From Botryllus schlosseri (Eukaryota), in contig CM119378.1 of NCBI GenBank assembly GCA_051294905.1, forward strand, positions 17,980,001 to 18,044,000: DNA of 64,000 bases, written 5' to 3'. The position numbers were made by a program, and so were the translations under genes. Positions 12,519 to 23,200 of this stretch are shown here, one piece after another. The notes below the pieces were generated by a model, which saw nothing but the letters and a program-made list of their open reading frames with translations, was not told the DNA's origin and did not search any database. Numbering within the stretch: position 1 is the first letter of the stretch; each line of letters starts with the position of its first letter.

Positions 12519-14147
12519 TCCTCCATTCTCAAGGTCTTCTTTTGTTAAATTAATGCGATTGATCACTTGTGATGTCGAATTTAGTTTCAATAACACCATA
12601 TACACAGATTGATGGTGTTGCTATGGTAGGCTTACCATACGTCCTCTTTTAAGAGGATTTGTCCTCTTTTTTGACTTTTTTGAAAGTGTCCTCGGAGCCT
12701 CCGAGGACACTTTCAAAAAAGTCAAAACAGAGGACAAAATCTCAAAAAAGAGGACAAAAGGGCGTCCTCCGACTCGGAGGACGCCCTTTTGTCCTCTTTT
12801 TTGAGATTTTGTCCTCTTTTTTGAACATTTAGGTCAGATTTTGAGCAAATTGCGAGCGACATGCCGCAAATTAGCACAGACGGGACGCTCCGGCAGATAT
12901 ATCGGAGTGAAAAACGGTGAATTTAGCTCTGAGGGAAAAGATGACCTTATTTTTTTTTTAGTCAACTGATCACGAAGTGGGAAAAATTTATCGGTTTTTG
13001 AGAATTCTTCTCCGGTTTTGCAAGTCTGAAATTTCTGAAAAAGTGTCCTCTTTTTACATTTCCAAAATATGGTAAAGCCTATGCTATGGGATCGCCGCTT
13101 GGTCCCATTCTGGCTAACATTTTTGTGGGGTATTACGAAAAACGGTTATTCGAAGATATTGATCGACCATTAATGTATCAAAGATATGTTGATGACACCT
13201 TCGCTATATTTGAGAATGAATCCCAGTGTGATTTGTTTCTGAGCAAATTGAATGGTCTTCACCCATCACTGAAATTCACCATGGAAAAAGAGGTTAATAA
13301 TTCATTAGCATTCCTTGATGTTGTAGTGGAAAAGACGGGTGCTAATTTTGTTACATCAGTTTACTGTAAGCCTACATTCAGTGGGCAATACATTTCGTGG
13401 GATTCTTTCTGTCCAGTAAAACGTAAAGTAAATTTGATAAGAACTCTGGTGATTTGTAGTAAAGTCAAACTTGATTCTGAATTGGAGAACATTCGGTCAA
13501 TCTTTCAGTCGAATGGTTATCCTGATCATATCATTAAAATGACCATAGATCGTAAACTCAAAGATTTCAGAAAAGTTAAACCGTTTGGACCTAGAAAATG
13601 TCCTGTTTATTTGCATCTTCCTTGGATTGGGAAAGTGTCCAACAGGTTTGAAAAACAAATTAAATCGTCAGTGAGGCATTGTTTTTCACAAGTAGAACCT
13701 CAGATAATCTTCATGACGAAATCTCTGATGCCTGCAACGCAAAAGGATGTGCTACCTGCGACAAATCAAAGCAACATAATATATGAATACACGTGCCGAT
13801 GTGACAGTCGGTATGTAGGTCGCACGTCTCAGCGCTTGCAGCAACGAATTCGCCAGCATGTCCCACGGCAAATTAGAATAACTAATGTTTCTCCAACTCC
13901 TTGATCGCAGTCTGTTGACACACTGCCTGATTATGATCAAGTTACTGCTTGTAATTCGGCTATTGGACAGCATCTCTTATCCCATCCAGAATGTGCTGAT
14001 CATTACAATGACAGTCAATTTTCTATACTTGCTCGTGGCCGTTCTCTTTTTCATTTAAAGGTCCTGGAATCTACGATCATAAAGCTACGAAAGCCGATTC
14101 TCTGTCGCCAGAAGGAACGCCTCTACACTCTTGGAATATTTCATTAA
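12519..14147 (+). pseudogene. Penelope ORF, 3' part (RT YVDD + GIY-YIG endonuclease)
   Basis: PPFSRSSFVKLMRLITCDVEFSFNNTIY, a frameshift, QIDGVAM, the MITE, then GSPLGP...YVDD...; TGA at 13902-13904; frame continues SAIGQHL...LKVLES..IK..KPILCRQKE to TAA 14145-14147. Confidence 0.9.
12627..13081. mobile_element. hAT-type MITE inside the Penelope RT GVAMG motif
   Basis: TIR taggcttaccata / tatggtaaagccta; TSD tgctatgg (12619-12626, 13082-13089); same family as 45382-45788. Confidence 0.92.
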
Positions 14148-14320
14148 TGTTATGCGTTGTGTTTTCGGTTATTTATAACCGAATATGTACTCGTTAACGT
14201 TTGTTTTGTACCGTTACTACCGTATCTTGCCCGTCTACTAGTTGTTTGTTTTTGTTATTATTACGTCATACAGACAAAATAGTTCGTACATTTCGAATTT
14301 GATTCACCCCATCACTAACG

Positions 14321-14360
14321 TTCGCTACTGATGAGAGTTAGTCGAAAAGCTTTTAGCGAA
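14321..14360 (+). ncRNA. Minimal type I hammerhead ribozyme motif (Penelope 3' end)
   Basis: ttcgcta-CTGATGA-gagttagtc-GAA-aagctt-t-tagcgaa: 7-bp stem I, short stem II, palindromic stem III (aagctt), UUU cleavage triplet. Confidence 0.75.
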
Positions 14361-14499
14361 TAAATTAACAATATGGAGTTATTGTTTCGCGTTATTTTTC
14401 ATCTGAACAAGTCACACACAATGTACAATGCGATAAGACTCAATGCGATGTCACGAACAGATAGGAGCTAGGAGGATGTCGAACGACACGTATCAGTAA

Positions 14500-14765
14500 C
14501 AATCCTTTACTCTAACATCCACCTCGGCCTAGAGTGTCCGATGTCGCAGTTCTTTTTGATGTTGATCTTTTAGAAGCCGCGGTCCTTTCTACTAGTTCTT
14601 TCCATTCCTAGTGAGTGCTTTCTTTCGTCGGGTCTCTTTTCTGGGCTTTTTTTGGTCGCCGTAAGAACGGCGGGGAAGTGGAGCCCAGATAAACCTACGA
14701 CGGGAATCGAACCGAGTCCGTCGGATTGGTGGGCGCTTATCGTTACCACTACGCTATCTACTCCG
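14500..14765 (-). mobile_element. tRNA-derived SINE (family B)
   Basis: Minus strand gatagcgtagtggt (A box) ... ggttcgattcc (B box); body similar to 47960-48160. The 3' end is approximate. Confidence 0.7.
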
Positions 14766-14799
14766 CTATATTACCGTGCATATAACCGGCTTTTGTAAG

Positions 14800-14952
14800 T
14801 CTTGTACCAGCCCTCCACGCTATCCCAGTAATGCATGAGCGCCAAGCAGGGAAGTCATGGATACCAGTGTTTCTAATCCGGTCTTTGGTCTGACCCGGCC
14901 GGGGATACCGATCAAGAATCCGGACGCTTCACCATTACGCTATCTTGTCGGC
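14800..14952 (-). mobile_element. tRNA-derived SINE (family A), partial
   Basis: Reverse complement of the 49517 SINE head and body (gatagcgtaatgg ... gggtcagaccaaagac ... ccctgcttggcgctcatgc), with a deletion at the B box. Confidence 0.8.
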
Positions 14953-15039
14953 TGGCACTGCGTCAACTGCCTCCCCGGACACCACGTCACTGACACATCA
15001 CACATTACAGTGGGTAATGGGTATGTATACTGCTGCAAA

Positions 15040-15212
15040 GTGACCATGTTTGGATCCACCTACGAATCATGGGTCCTCGCATTTGAGATGTGCATCAAAA
15101 CGAACCTACGATCTCGTATGACTGAGGAAAGTCTCAAATTTTGTATGAAGCTTTACCGCAATCAGTCTGCAAAGTCATCAGGAATGCCATGCAACAGCAA
15201 ACGACGCATTAA
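15040..15212 (+). pseudogene. Remnant of a Buster/GTF2IRD2-like hAT transposase C-terminus
   Basis: VTMFGSTY...IKTNLRSRMTEESLKFCMKL, then a shifted frame AMQQQTTH*, matching the MFGSTY..RSRLT....MQ.Q.SH* ending. Confidence 0.6.
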
Positions 15213-16344
15213 CTGTAAAACCGTGTGAAAGCAGTATTATGCTTTTACTGTTGTCTACGTCTGTTGGAAATCTACGCTTCGAAAAATATCATATGCCTCT
15301 CAGTGCAACAAAACTAAAAATATATAACTGGCAAAAGATCTATGTTGCACACTCATTACTCAAATAAGGAAATCAGCGTGATTAGTACGAGTTTTTACTG
15401 AGAATATTCGGTGGAAACGACGATTCCGCTCTTTGCCATCCGGACCCCTTGTAAACAAATCTGGATCAGACGGTAACCATGGCAGTGAGCGGAACGTTCA
15501 TTCTCCCTTGTTCGTTTCGTAACGTTAATCACGTGACGTTGATTGTAGGTAGGGCGGTATTGTTTATATTTGATATCTCGGCTATGTTGGTATCGGGCCT
15601 ACAGCCGTCGCAAAATATAAAGATCTAGGTTGAGATGAGCAAATGCGCAAATGAAAATGGTGAATTAACTTGTAACTGGTTAGGAGTTTTATAATTTTAA
15701 TAACGGTGTTCTGAGCATGGTACGTTTTTGCATTAAACAATATTTCGCATGTGTTCTCATGCGGCCTTATGGTATTGTACTGGAGTTGTCCATACATTTT
15801 ACAGCAGAGCATACATGATACATGGATCTCAGTTTTTTCACCCAGATCTAGTTATTTTTCGAGCATCACCTTGGTTTCTGTTTTTTTTTCCTTGAAATCC
15901 TATTTTTTTCAATGTGTTGGTCTGGTCAATTTTACACTAGAAATTTACCGTAATTATTAGATTAGTAAGATCATAATGTCGTAAAATGTACGTAATTCAA
16001 ATCAATTCGATTTGTTGTTATCAATTTCATCATTTCAATACACCACAAGACTGCTATATTACAATGAAAGGTAGAAAGGTGTCAAAACGACTTGGAGTTG
16101 TCTTCGAAATCAGAAACCACCTGGTCCACCTTTTGTTGCCATTGTCGAATGTCGATGGATTTCGCTGTTATTGTGACGGCAGATTGTTGAGAGACTGTTT
16201 CACTACTAAAATAAGAGGCCTTGCAAATTGACTTGGAATTGCTTTAGACTAATTCTAGTCAAATATTACAAAAGCGAACAACAATGTATACATTCACATC
16301 TTTCAGTTTCTTATTATATATTCATAGTAGGCTACCGAGGAAAA

Positions 16345-17778
16345 ATGTTGAGCTGCCTGTCGCAAATATCGGAATACATCCCGCACTTATTTTTAACGGC
16401 CGTGATGATCATTGTTCTGCCGGCATGTGTCGGTAGAGAACTCGGAATTAGACGAGCTTATATCGCAGCTCTGATGAGGCTGTTCGAATTTGCGACGAAA
16501 CGCATCGAAAGAGAGAGGAGTCGGAAATTTGTAATGTCAACGTCGGACAATATTATCGAAGTGGAGAATAAAATAAGCTCTCTCGAATCGCAAAAAGAGA
16601 TGCTTCAAGAGGGATATGAATTTCAGTTTGAAGACGTCACTTTTCTCGTGAAAAGTGGGATAGAAGCTGTCATTGATGATGAAGTTACGAAGCGCTTTAG
16701 TGCTGAAGATTTGCCGTCTTGGAATCTACTGTCCCGCACAAACCACAGTTACCATTACATAAGTCTTCGGCTGTCTATTATGTGGTTTCTTGGGCTCATC
16801 TTACGATACTGCTTTTTATTCCCATTACGAGTCATAATGACAGTGGGCGGATGTTTCTGGATGTTCATCACAATGCTGCCATTATCTGTCATGCCAGACT
16901 CAAGTTTGAAAAGGAAAATTGCGTACTTTGTGAATTTGGTGTCGTTCCGAATATGCTGCAGAGCGTTTTCGGCTGTTGTGACTTACCATGACGAGCAGTA
17001 CTTGCCTAAACCTGGCGGAATATGTGTAGCTAACCACACTACTACGTTAGATGTTTGTTTGTTAATGCAGCATCGGCCGTATGCGGTTTTGGGTCAAATT
17101 CACGGAGGATTTTTAGGATGGTTTGAGAGGACATTATCAAAGTGTACCAACCACGTCTGGTTTGAGCGTTCCGAAGTGCGTGACCGACAGTTCGTTATAA
17201 GGCGAGTGCGTGATCATTTGGACGACCCCAACAATTATCCTATCTTACTGTTTCCGGAAGGGACATGCATAAACAACACTTCAGTTATGATGTTCAAAAA
17301 AGGGACGTTCGAGATACCTTCCATAATATATCCAGTCGCAATTAAATACAACCCATGGTTTGGAGATGCATTCTGGAATAGCAGCAAACATAGCATGCTG
17401 CAATACCTTGCGGTTGTAATGACTAGCTGGGCTATAGTCGCCGACGTGTGGTACCTGCCTCCGATGGAAAGATTACCAAATGAAGAAGCTTTGCAATTCG
17501 CCGGTAGGGTTAAAGCTGCGATTGCCAGAAAAGGAGGGCTTGTAGATTGTGAATTTGACGGGCAGCTGAAACGGATGAATATCAAAGCCTTTTATCGGGA
17601 ACAATCACAAAAAATTGTCAGCGACATCATAAGAAAAAGCAAGTATTTTTCAGAGTCCGCAGAATCCAATGATGCTGGATCACCATCAGAACGCACCTTA
17701 GCGTCCAATGAAACAACTTTTGAAATTGATGGTGAAAAGATACAGACATCAGAATCAAATGTGGGAAAAGGTACATAG
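16345..17778 (+). CDS. GPAT4: Glycerol-3-phosphate acyltransferase 3/4 (ER GPAT, AGPAT6/9 family), 477 aa, intronless
   Basis: NHTTTLD (HX4D), WFERSE, FPEGTCINN and YPVAIKY acyltransferase motifs; SWNLLSRTN; N-terminal hydrophobic segments; first ATG at 16345. GPAT3 and GPAT4 cannot be told apart by eye. Confidence 0.93.
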   Translation: MLSCLSQISEYIPHLFLTAVMIIVLPACVGRELGIRRAYIAALMRLFEFATKRIERERSRKFVMSTSDNIIEVENKISSLESQKEMLQEGYEFQFEDVTFLVKSGIEAVIDDEVTKRFSAEDLPSWNLLSRTNHSYHYISLRLSIMWFLGLILRYCFLFPLRVIMTVGGCFWMFITMLPLSVMPDSSLKRKIAYFVNLVSFRICCRAFSAVVTYHDEQYLPKPGGICVANHTTTLDVCLLMQHRPYAVLGQIHGGFLGWFERTLSKCTNHVWFERSEVRDRQFVIRRVRDHLDDPNNYPILLFPEGTCINNTSVMMFKKGTFEIPSIIYPVAIKYNPWFGDAFWNSSKHSMLQYLAVVMTSWAIVADVWYLPPMERLPNEEALQFAGRVKAAIARKGGLVDCEFDGQLKRMNIKAFYREQSQKIVSDIIRKSKYFSESAESNDAGSPSERTLASNETTFEIDGEKIQTSESNVGKGT

Positions 17779-20113
17779 TTCGAGGGAGTATTTCATTGAC
17801 TGTTTTATTCAATTGGTCATAATACAGAAGTGATGTCACATGTGAGGAAGCAAGTTGTTGAAAATAACTATGGCCTTCGTTTTTATCGTTATTGTGTTAA
17901 CACTGGTTGGCATGTGTGATGAGATTGATTACTGAAAATCAAATTGATTCGATTTCAATGTCACTCTATTTATTTGTGAACCGAAAGGACCCAATGCGCA
18001 AAATGGTTTTCAACAGAGAGAAGAGGCTAGTTGTAAATTCCCCCAATTCTATCAGTGATTTCCCATGACTTGTTAAGATTAGCAGTAGGCCTTCTTTTTG
18101 TGGACTATATTAATGTATTTGTAGGCTATTCATTATCTTTTGTTAATGCCAGCCTCTTTATTACATGATCGCAATCAACTACGACAAAAAATTTGCCATA
18201 TCCAATCACTTATTAATGACATTGTCTTAGGTGTCAAATTGTGTCTTCTAACTTGATGGAACAAAGCATATTTTGTAATGGTAATTCACTGGTTCGTTGG
18301 AATAGACAATTGCAAATAGAATATTATTGTTATATTTATAATTGATCATAATCCAACGTGTGCTATTAGTCTTGTCTTGTCCACTCTATTCGTTTCTAAA
18401 TTTGCTGGTCCAATTTCTGAGCTTATAGTTGAAAAAAATAAGTAGGCTAGTGGCATTAAACTAAAATGTGGCGCCATGGTTCAATAAAATCCATATAGTT
18501 GCCACAGACCAGTCCTGAATTTGCATTTGTTATTCATTATTGTTTAGTAAACACGGATTGGGCTAGTGTGTTGCAAGCATTGAGAGTTGAACGTTACCTA
18601 TATGGTAACAGTTTTCCCTCTTGAATATCTTCCATTGTATGCTGATCCCGGTCTTGAAATATTTGGTGTCTTGTCAGTCTCTTATTGTAGTACATTCTGA
18701 TAGGACTTGACTTAATCTGCCTTCATGCATTGTCAGTTGTAGCAAATGTCTTCATTATTACGCCACCTCTTCAATGCTTCCTTTACCACTCTGGTTTTAT
18801 TGGTGAAATTTTCTTTTAATTGTTCATGGTTCATGGTTTAAAAGTATAAAAGAAACTAATTCCAACCCAAGTTTACTATAACAATAATCCAAAGATCAAA
18901 TGCAGCCTATTAAAACGACTTTGTCTTGTTTGGTAATTAGGCCTACTTAGCAGTATTGCATCTTGTACTCTAGGCCCTACATGAGTAGGCTGTAGTCTAA
19001 TTGTGGGATAACCTAGAATTAGCATTGTTTGCAGCTGTAATCAGTTTGATCATCACTGTGTTTAGGATAGGCCTATGTTACCAATTGGACAGAGAGAAGC
19101 CAACATAATTATTCTCTGAGAATTCATTCTTTTTTGAAGTAGTGTACAATCGATTTCATGAAGGGGGAAAAATATATCGAATGATGCTCAGCACTGGTAG
19201 CAGACATGATTTGGATAGCCATTTTTCTTAACAATCTTATATTTTAACGTGTGAGCCGTACTTTGTCTAATTGATCACCCGTTTACCAGCACCGACAGCC
19301 CGCATTAGTTCATTTTTCTTATTTGACTCAATTATCCCGACTGCAGCCAATTTCTTTGATATGTTATTCGTTCATATAGCAACAATCAGAACTGATATGT
19401 GATTGAAATTTTCACGTGCAATGCCCGATTCCGTAACGTAAGCCTGTAATATAGCACTACCGGAGCTATAGGAGCTTGTACCGTCTACAATGAGTTTGTT
19501 GTTTTGATATAAGAATCAATTTTGGTTGGCTTGACTGTAGCCAGACCCCTTGCCAAGTTCATTTATTAGATGAGAATTATTTTGCATTTCTGTAATTATT
19601 CCATGGAACAATCCATTTAGAAGTCAATATACTGCCAAAGTCCACGTCTGTCATGATCATAGTGAGTTTTTTCTTGGAATTTTATTCAAGCGCCTTGCGG
19701 ATCAGTACATTTATCATTGTAGACTATGTACAATTGTAAAGTCTTATTAAATTGGTCCTTGAGTCAATTCTTTAGAACAAGTGATTCAAATATATAAGGT
19801 AATGTCAAGTGAATAGTATAATATTACTTTTTATCAGTACTTTGTAATGAATCGACTAGATTCTTGAGAACTTCCCACGTTTTCTCACAAAATTTCTTCC
19901 ACTAAAATTACTACCTAGTTTTGTTTTATGTATTCTGCTGGTCATACAACGCTTCCCTTTGCTGTCATTTTGTTGCATCGGTACTGAGTCGGGGTTAATT
20001 TCCCATTTTTACTGTTATTGTTATTGTTTGTCATTTTCCGATGTTGTGCAATGCAGATCTGAGTCAGAGTTTGGTTTTGTTGCCGGAATAGTAGGCTAAT
20101 CATTGTCGAAGCC

Positions 20114-20227
20114 ATGGTGGCTGTTACTAACGGTGTGACGAATGGAAATGGGGTTCATGGAACGACGCAATATTCCAACAGTAACGGCAACGGGAAATGC
20201 CACGGTGATGGTCCTAATGGAAAGCAG
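20114..20227 (+). CDS. SPTLC2: SPTLC2 exon 1
   Basis: gccATGG start; MVAVTNG...NGKQ; donor cag|gtaatt; phase 0 fits exon 2. Confidence 0.75.
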
Positions 20228-23200
20228 GTAATTTTTAAACTTCATGTGATCTGGTTGAAGCCTCGTCTAAGACACTGCCATGCACTGTTGCCGTGGTGGT
20301 GCATGCATGTATCCGCTACCAAGAGCAGCAAATTGATTTCTTTTGAAAGCAAATTGCCTGGAAAAGCAAAGTCGCCTAATTTTTTGCAAACACAAAGAGT
20401 CGAAAAGGATGGTAATCCACATTTGTAAAGAAATGAATGTTACAGGGTGATCGCTGTCTCTGAACGCTGGACCTTTTTATGATCTCTAGCTAGTGACCTT
20501 ATCAATCCTTGACAATAGAAAGCTATTTTCTTCATGCTGGAGAACAAGAGTGCAATAGGTTGTTTGTGACACATGAAAGTGTCCTAGGGGAGTTGCATTA
20601 GTTACAAATCCAATGCTATTGAACTTGAGTTCAATATGATTGGAGGTGTGACGTGCGATTATTTGCAGCAGCATTTTGGTTTAGGACAAACAATTTCATG
20701 TGATGTTGATGCTTGGTGATCAAAATATTATCGAACATTGTTTTAAATTGCGAATTGAATCATTTCTTCCTGTCAAAATAGAAGGAAGCACAGGACAAGG
20801 TGTTTCAAGAAGAATTTGAGTCCACACCAATCATGCCGGCTATTCTCACGTACATCAGCTACGCAGTTACCACTCTGTTTGGGTTCATTCGGGATTTCAT
20901 GAGGAACAATAACTTGGACAAAACAATTGGTGCTTGTGAGAGAGACGATATGAAAGTAAGCTTTGTCTTGGTTTTCATTGTGAGACACTTTCATTGTGAT
21001 GTTTCTATTCTGATCTCAAAAAGACATGTTCTATAATGACACACTGCAAGTTTCACCACGGCTAGTGATCTGTTTTTCAACAAATTTTACATTAACATTT
21101 GCATACTTGATGGCAGTATAAGGGTATCAGTCCTGGTTCGGAAATGCAATTCGGAAATATGTTTGACCTAGTCAGTGACACTTATAAGAACAATGCTGAT
21201 TCAGCACTTCCTGCTTGAAGCCAGAACAGCTACTACCCCTTGTAGCCTTGAGAGAAATAAAAATCTGTTGGCCTGCCTAGTGCCCATGTGTGTTGGGCAC
21301 TGGTGCTGGCCTGGGCATTGTTTATAAGCAATCTAGAAAAATGTCTAATTTTTCTTTCAAAGCCAGTTTTTTTTATTCAGATAAGCCTATGCCTCTTATC
21401 GGATAAACTTCTTCTCCACTCTCTTGTCCCCTTCAAAAACCAACTCATCACTTTGCTAAGACTCATTACCATTTTATTCCAGGATTTTGTGCCATTGTAT
21501 GCGAGTTTTGAGAGCTTTTACACCCGAAACGTCTACATCAGAATAAGAGATTGTTTCAACCGACCAATATGCAGCGTTCCCGGTGCCAAAATCGATGTTG
21601 TTGAACGACAAAGTCGAGACTCTGGATGGACTGTTGCGTAAGTATATTGTTTAAGACAATACGACGGTGGCATTGTTTTGGTACCTGTACTGACTGTTTG
21701 GTACAGTAGATGATAATATATATTATTTATGTAGCATCATTCAATAGTGGTTTGTCCATCGTTTATTTATTTAAAAAATATAATCATGCGAAGACAATTA
21801 GCATTATGCTACACACATTAAGCCATTGCTTCTGCGCAAGATTGAAATTGTTCTGTGCCTGTTCTGTTTCACAATTATGCAGAATGTGTGCTATGTATTG
21901 TTGTATTGTATGGGCTGTATTCTAAGAATACTGTAATCGCACCGTTGTAACTGTCTGTAGCAAGCTTTATGACTGTGTTACGTTTCATTTCAAGGCCAGA
22001 ATTCACAATCTCAGATGTACTGGTAGTTTAACTTCTGTAAATCTCGTCATGCCTGCATCAAATTTTGAGATTCATCATAAACTGCTGTCATCTGTTGAAG
22101 TTGCGTTACTTGCTTTCTTTTGGCTTGTAAACATAACAACAGCCTAAGATTCAATTGACTGTTGGCATCAAAACAATTTGGTCGGATATCAGTGTACGTG
22201 TAAGACCTTGTGAACATAGTTGGCCTCGATTTTGTGGGGAACTAAATAAAAGAAGGTAGGCTTACTCTATCATTGTCACAATGGTACCCAGATAACCCAT
22301 CAATCAACCAATAGCCTACTTTTGAATCTTGTCAACTAAATGTATACTGTCTGTTATTTGTTTTGACAATTTTAGGATTGAGATGTTGTTCAAATTGTTT
22401 GGTTACATTGTTAGGATTTATATATATCTGTTTCCTGCTTCTTTCCTATTTGTGACTGTACTTCCTGCATAAACAGCTGCACCAAAAGCACAAGAAGACC
22501 ACCTGTCAAATCCGACACTCATTTTTATATGGATAAGTAATATGATTTGTGGAGTGCAGCTTAGAATGATGTGAAATCGAGTTATAGATTAATCAGACAC
22601 ATTCCAGTTTAATCTTGAATTTCAATTTAAAGTGGAGTTTGTTGATCTTATTCAATTTGTTATTGTGACTTAGCCAATTTTTGTGCATTTGAGCATGTGT
22701 TTTCTCTGAGCCTCTGATCTACTGATAGCGGATGTGGTAGTCCCTGCATGTATTAAGTAGAGTGTGGACTATTGTAATTTGTTTAAAGGCTACTTTTACT
22801 TTGTATTTATTCAGGATGATGCCTTATGCACTGTTCAAGAGATTTTACGTTTGGGTTCAGCAACTCTGCAATGTAATTATTATATCTCAAATCCTGACCG
22901 TTTTGATGTGTATCACAGCCATTAAATGTAGCATTCTGATATCAACTAAGTGGATCACCCATTAACACAGATCAATTCCATTCTTCTGAAAGTTGTCACC
23001 AGCTACTTGCAAAACCGTTAGTATATTATAGTCTAAGGCAGTGGTTCTCAACCTTTTTCACTTCGCGGACCAGTAGACCTTACAAAATTGAAATCAAACC
23101 AAAATGTAATGTAGGCAGCCGTTTTTCTGCAAGTGTGGTAGGCCTACTAGAGCACGGTGGCCAACCGTTTTTCTATTCACGGCCGCATTTCGATTACATA

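Larger units (their letters stand above)
6016..14400 (+). mobile_element. Penelope-like retroelement (RT + GIY-YIG), interrupted by nested insertions
   Basis: KPDKGSGVV, PRMYGLPKTHK, LRPILS, SFDISSLFTNVP (6568-7253); QIDGVAM/GSPLGP, YQRYVDDTF, LAFLDV and IIYEYTCRCDSRYVGRT..RL..RI.QH (12519-14147); hammerhead at the 3' end. The 5' boundary is uncertain. Confidence 0.92.

Noticed and set aside
14700-14765. tRNA genes at SINE heads (also 46796 and 49517)
   Set aside because: A and B boxes are present but acceptor and anticodon stems do not close, and each continues into a repeated non-tRNA body.
15380-15560. Possible divergent first exon (MAKSGIVVSTEYS, minus) with nearby E-box and GC-box
   Set aside because: Weak donor, only 13 codons, and no downstream exons identifiable in the TE cluster.
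16228-16344. TTG start extending GPAT to 516 aa
   Set aside because: Eukaryotic gene; the first ATG at 16345 gives a normal N-terminus and the extension is AT-rich UTR-like sequence.
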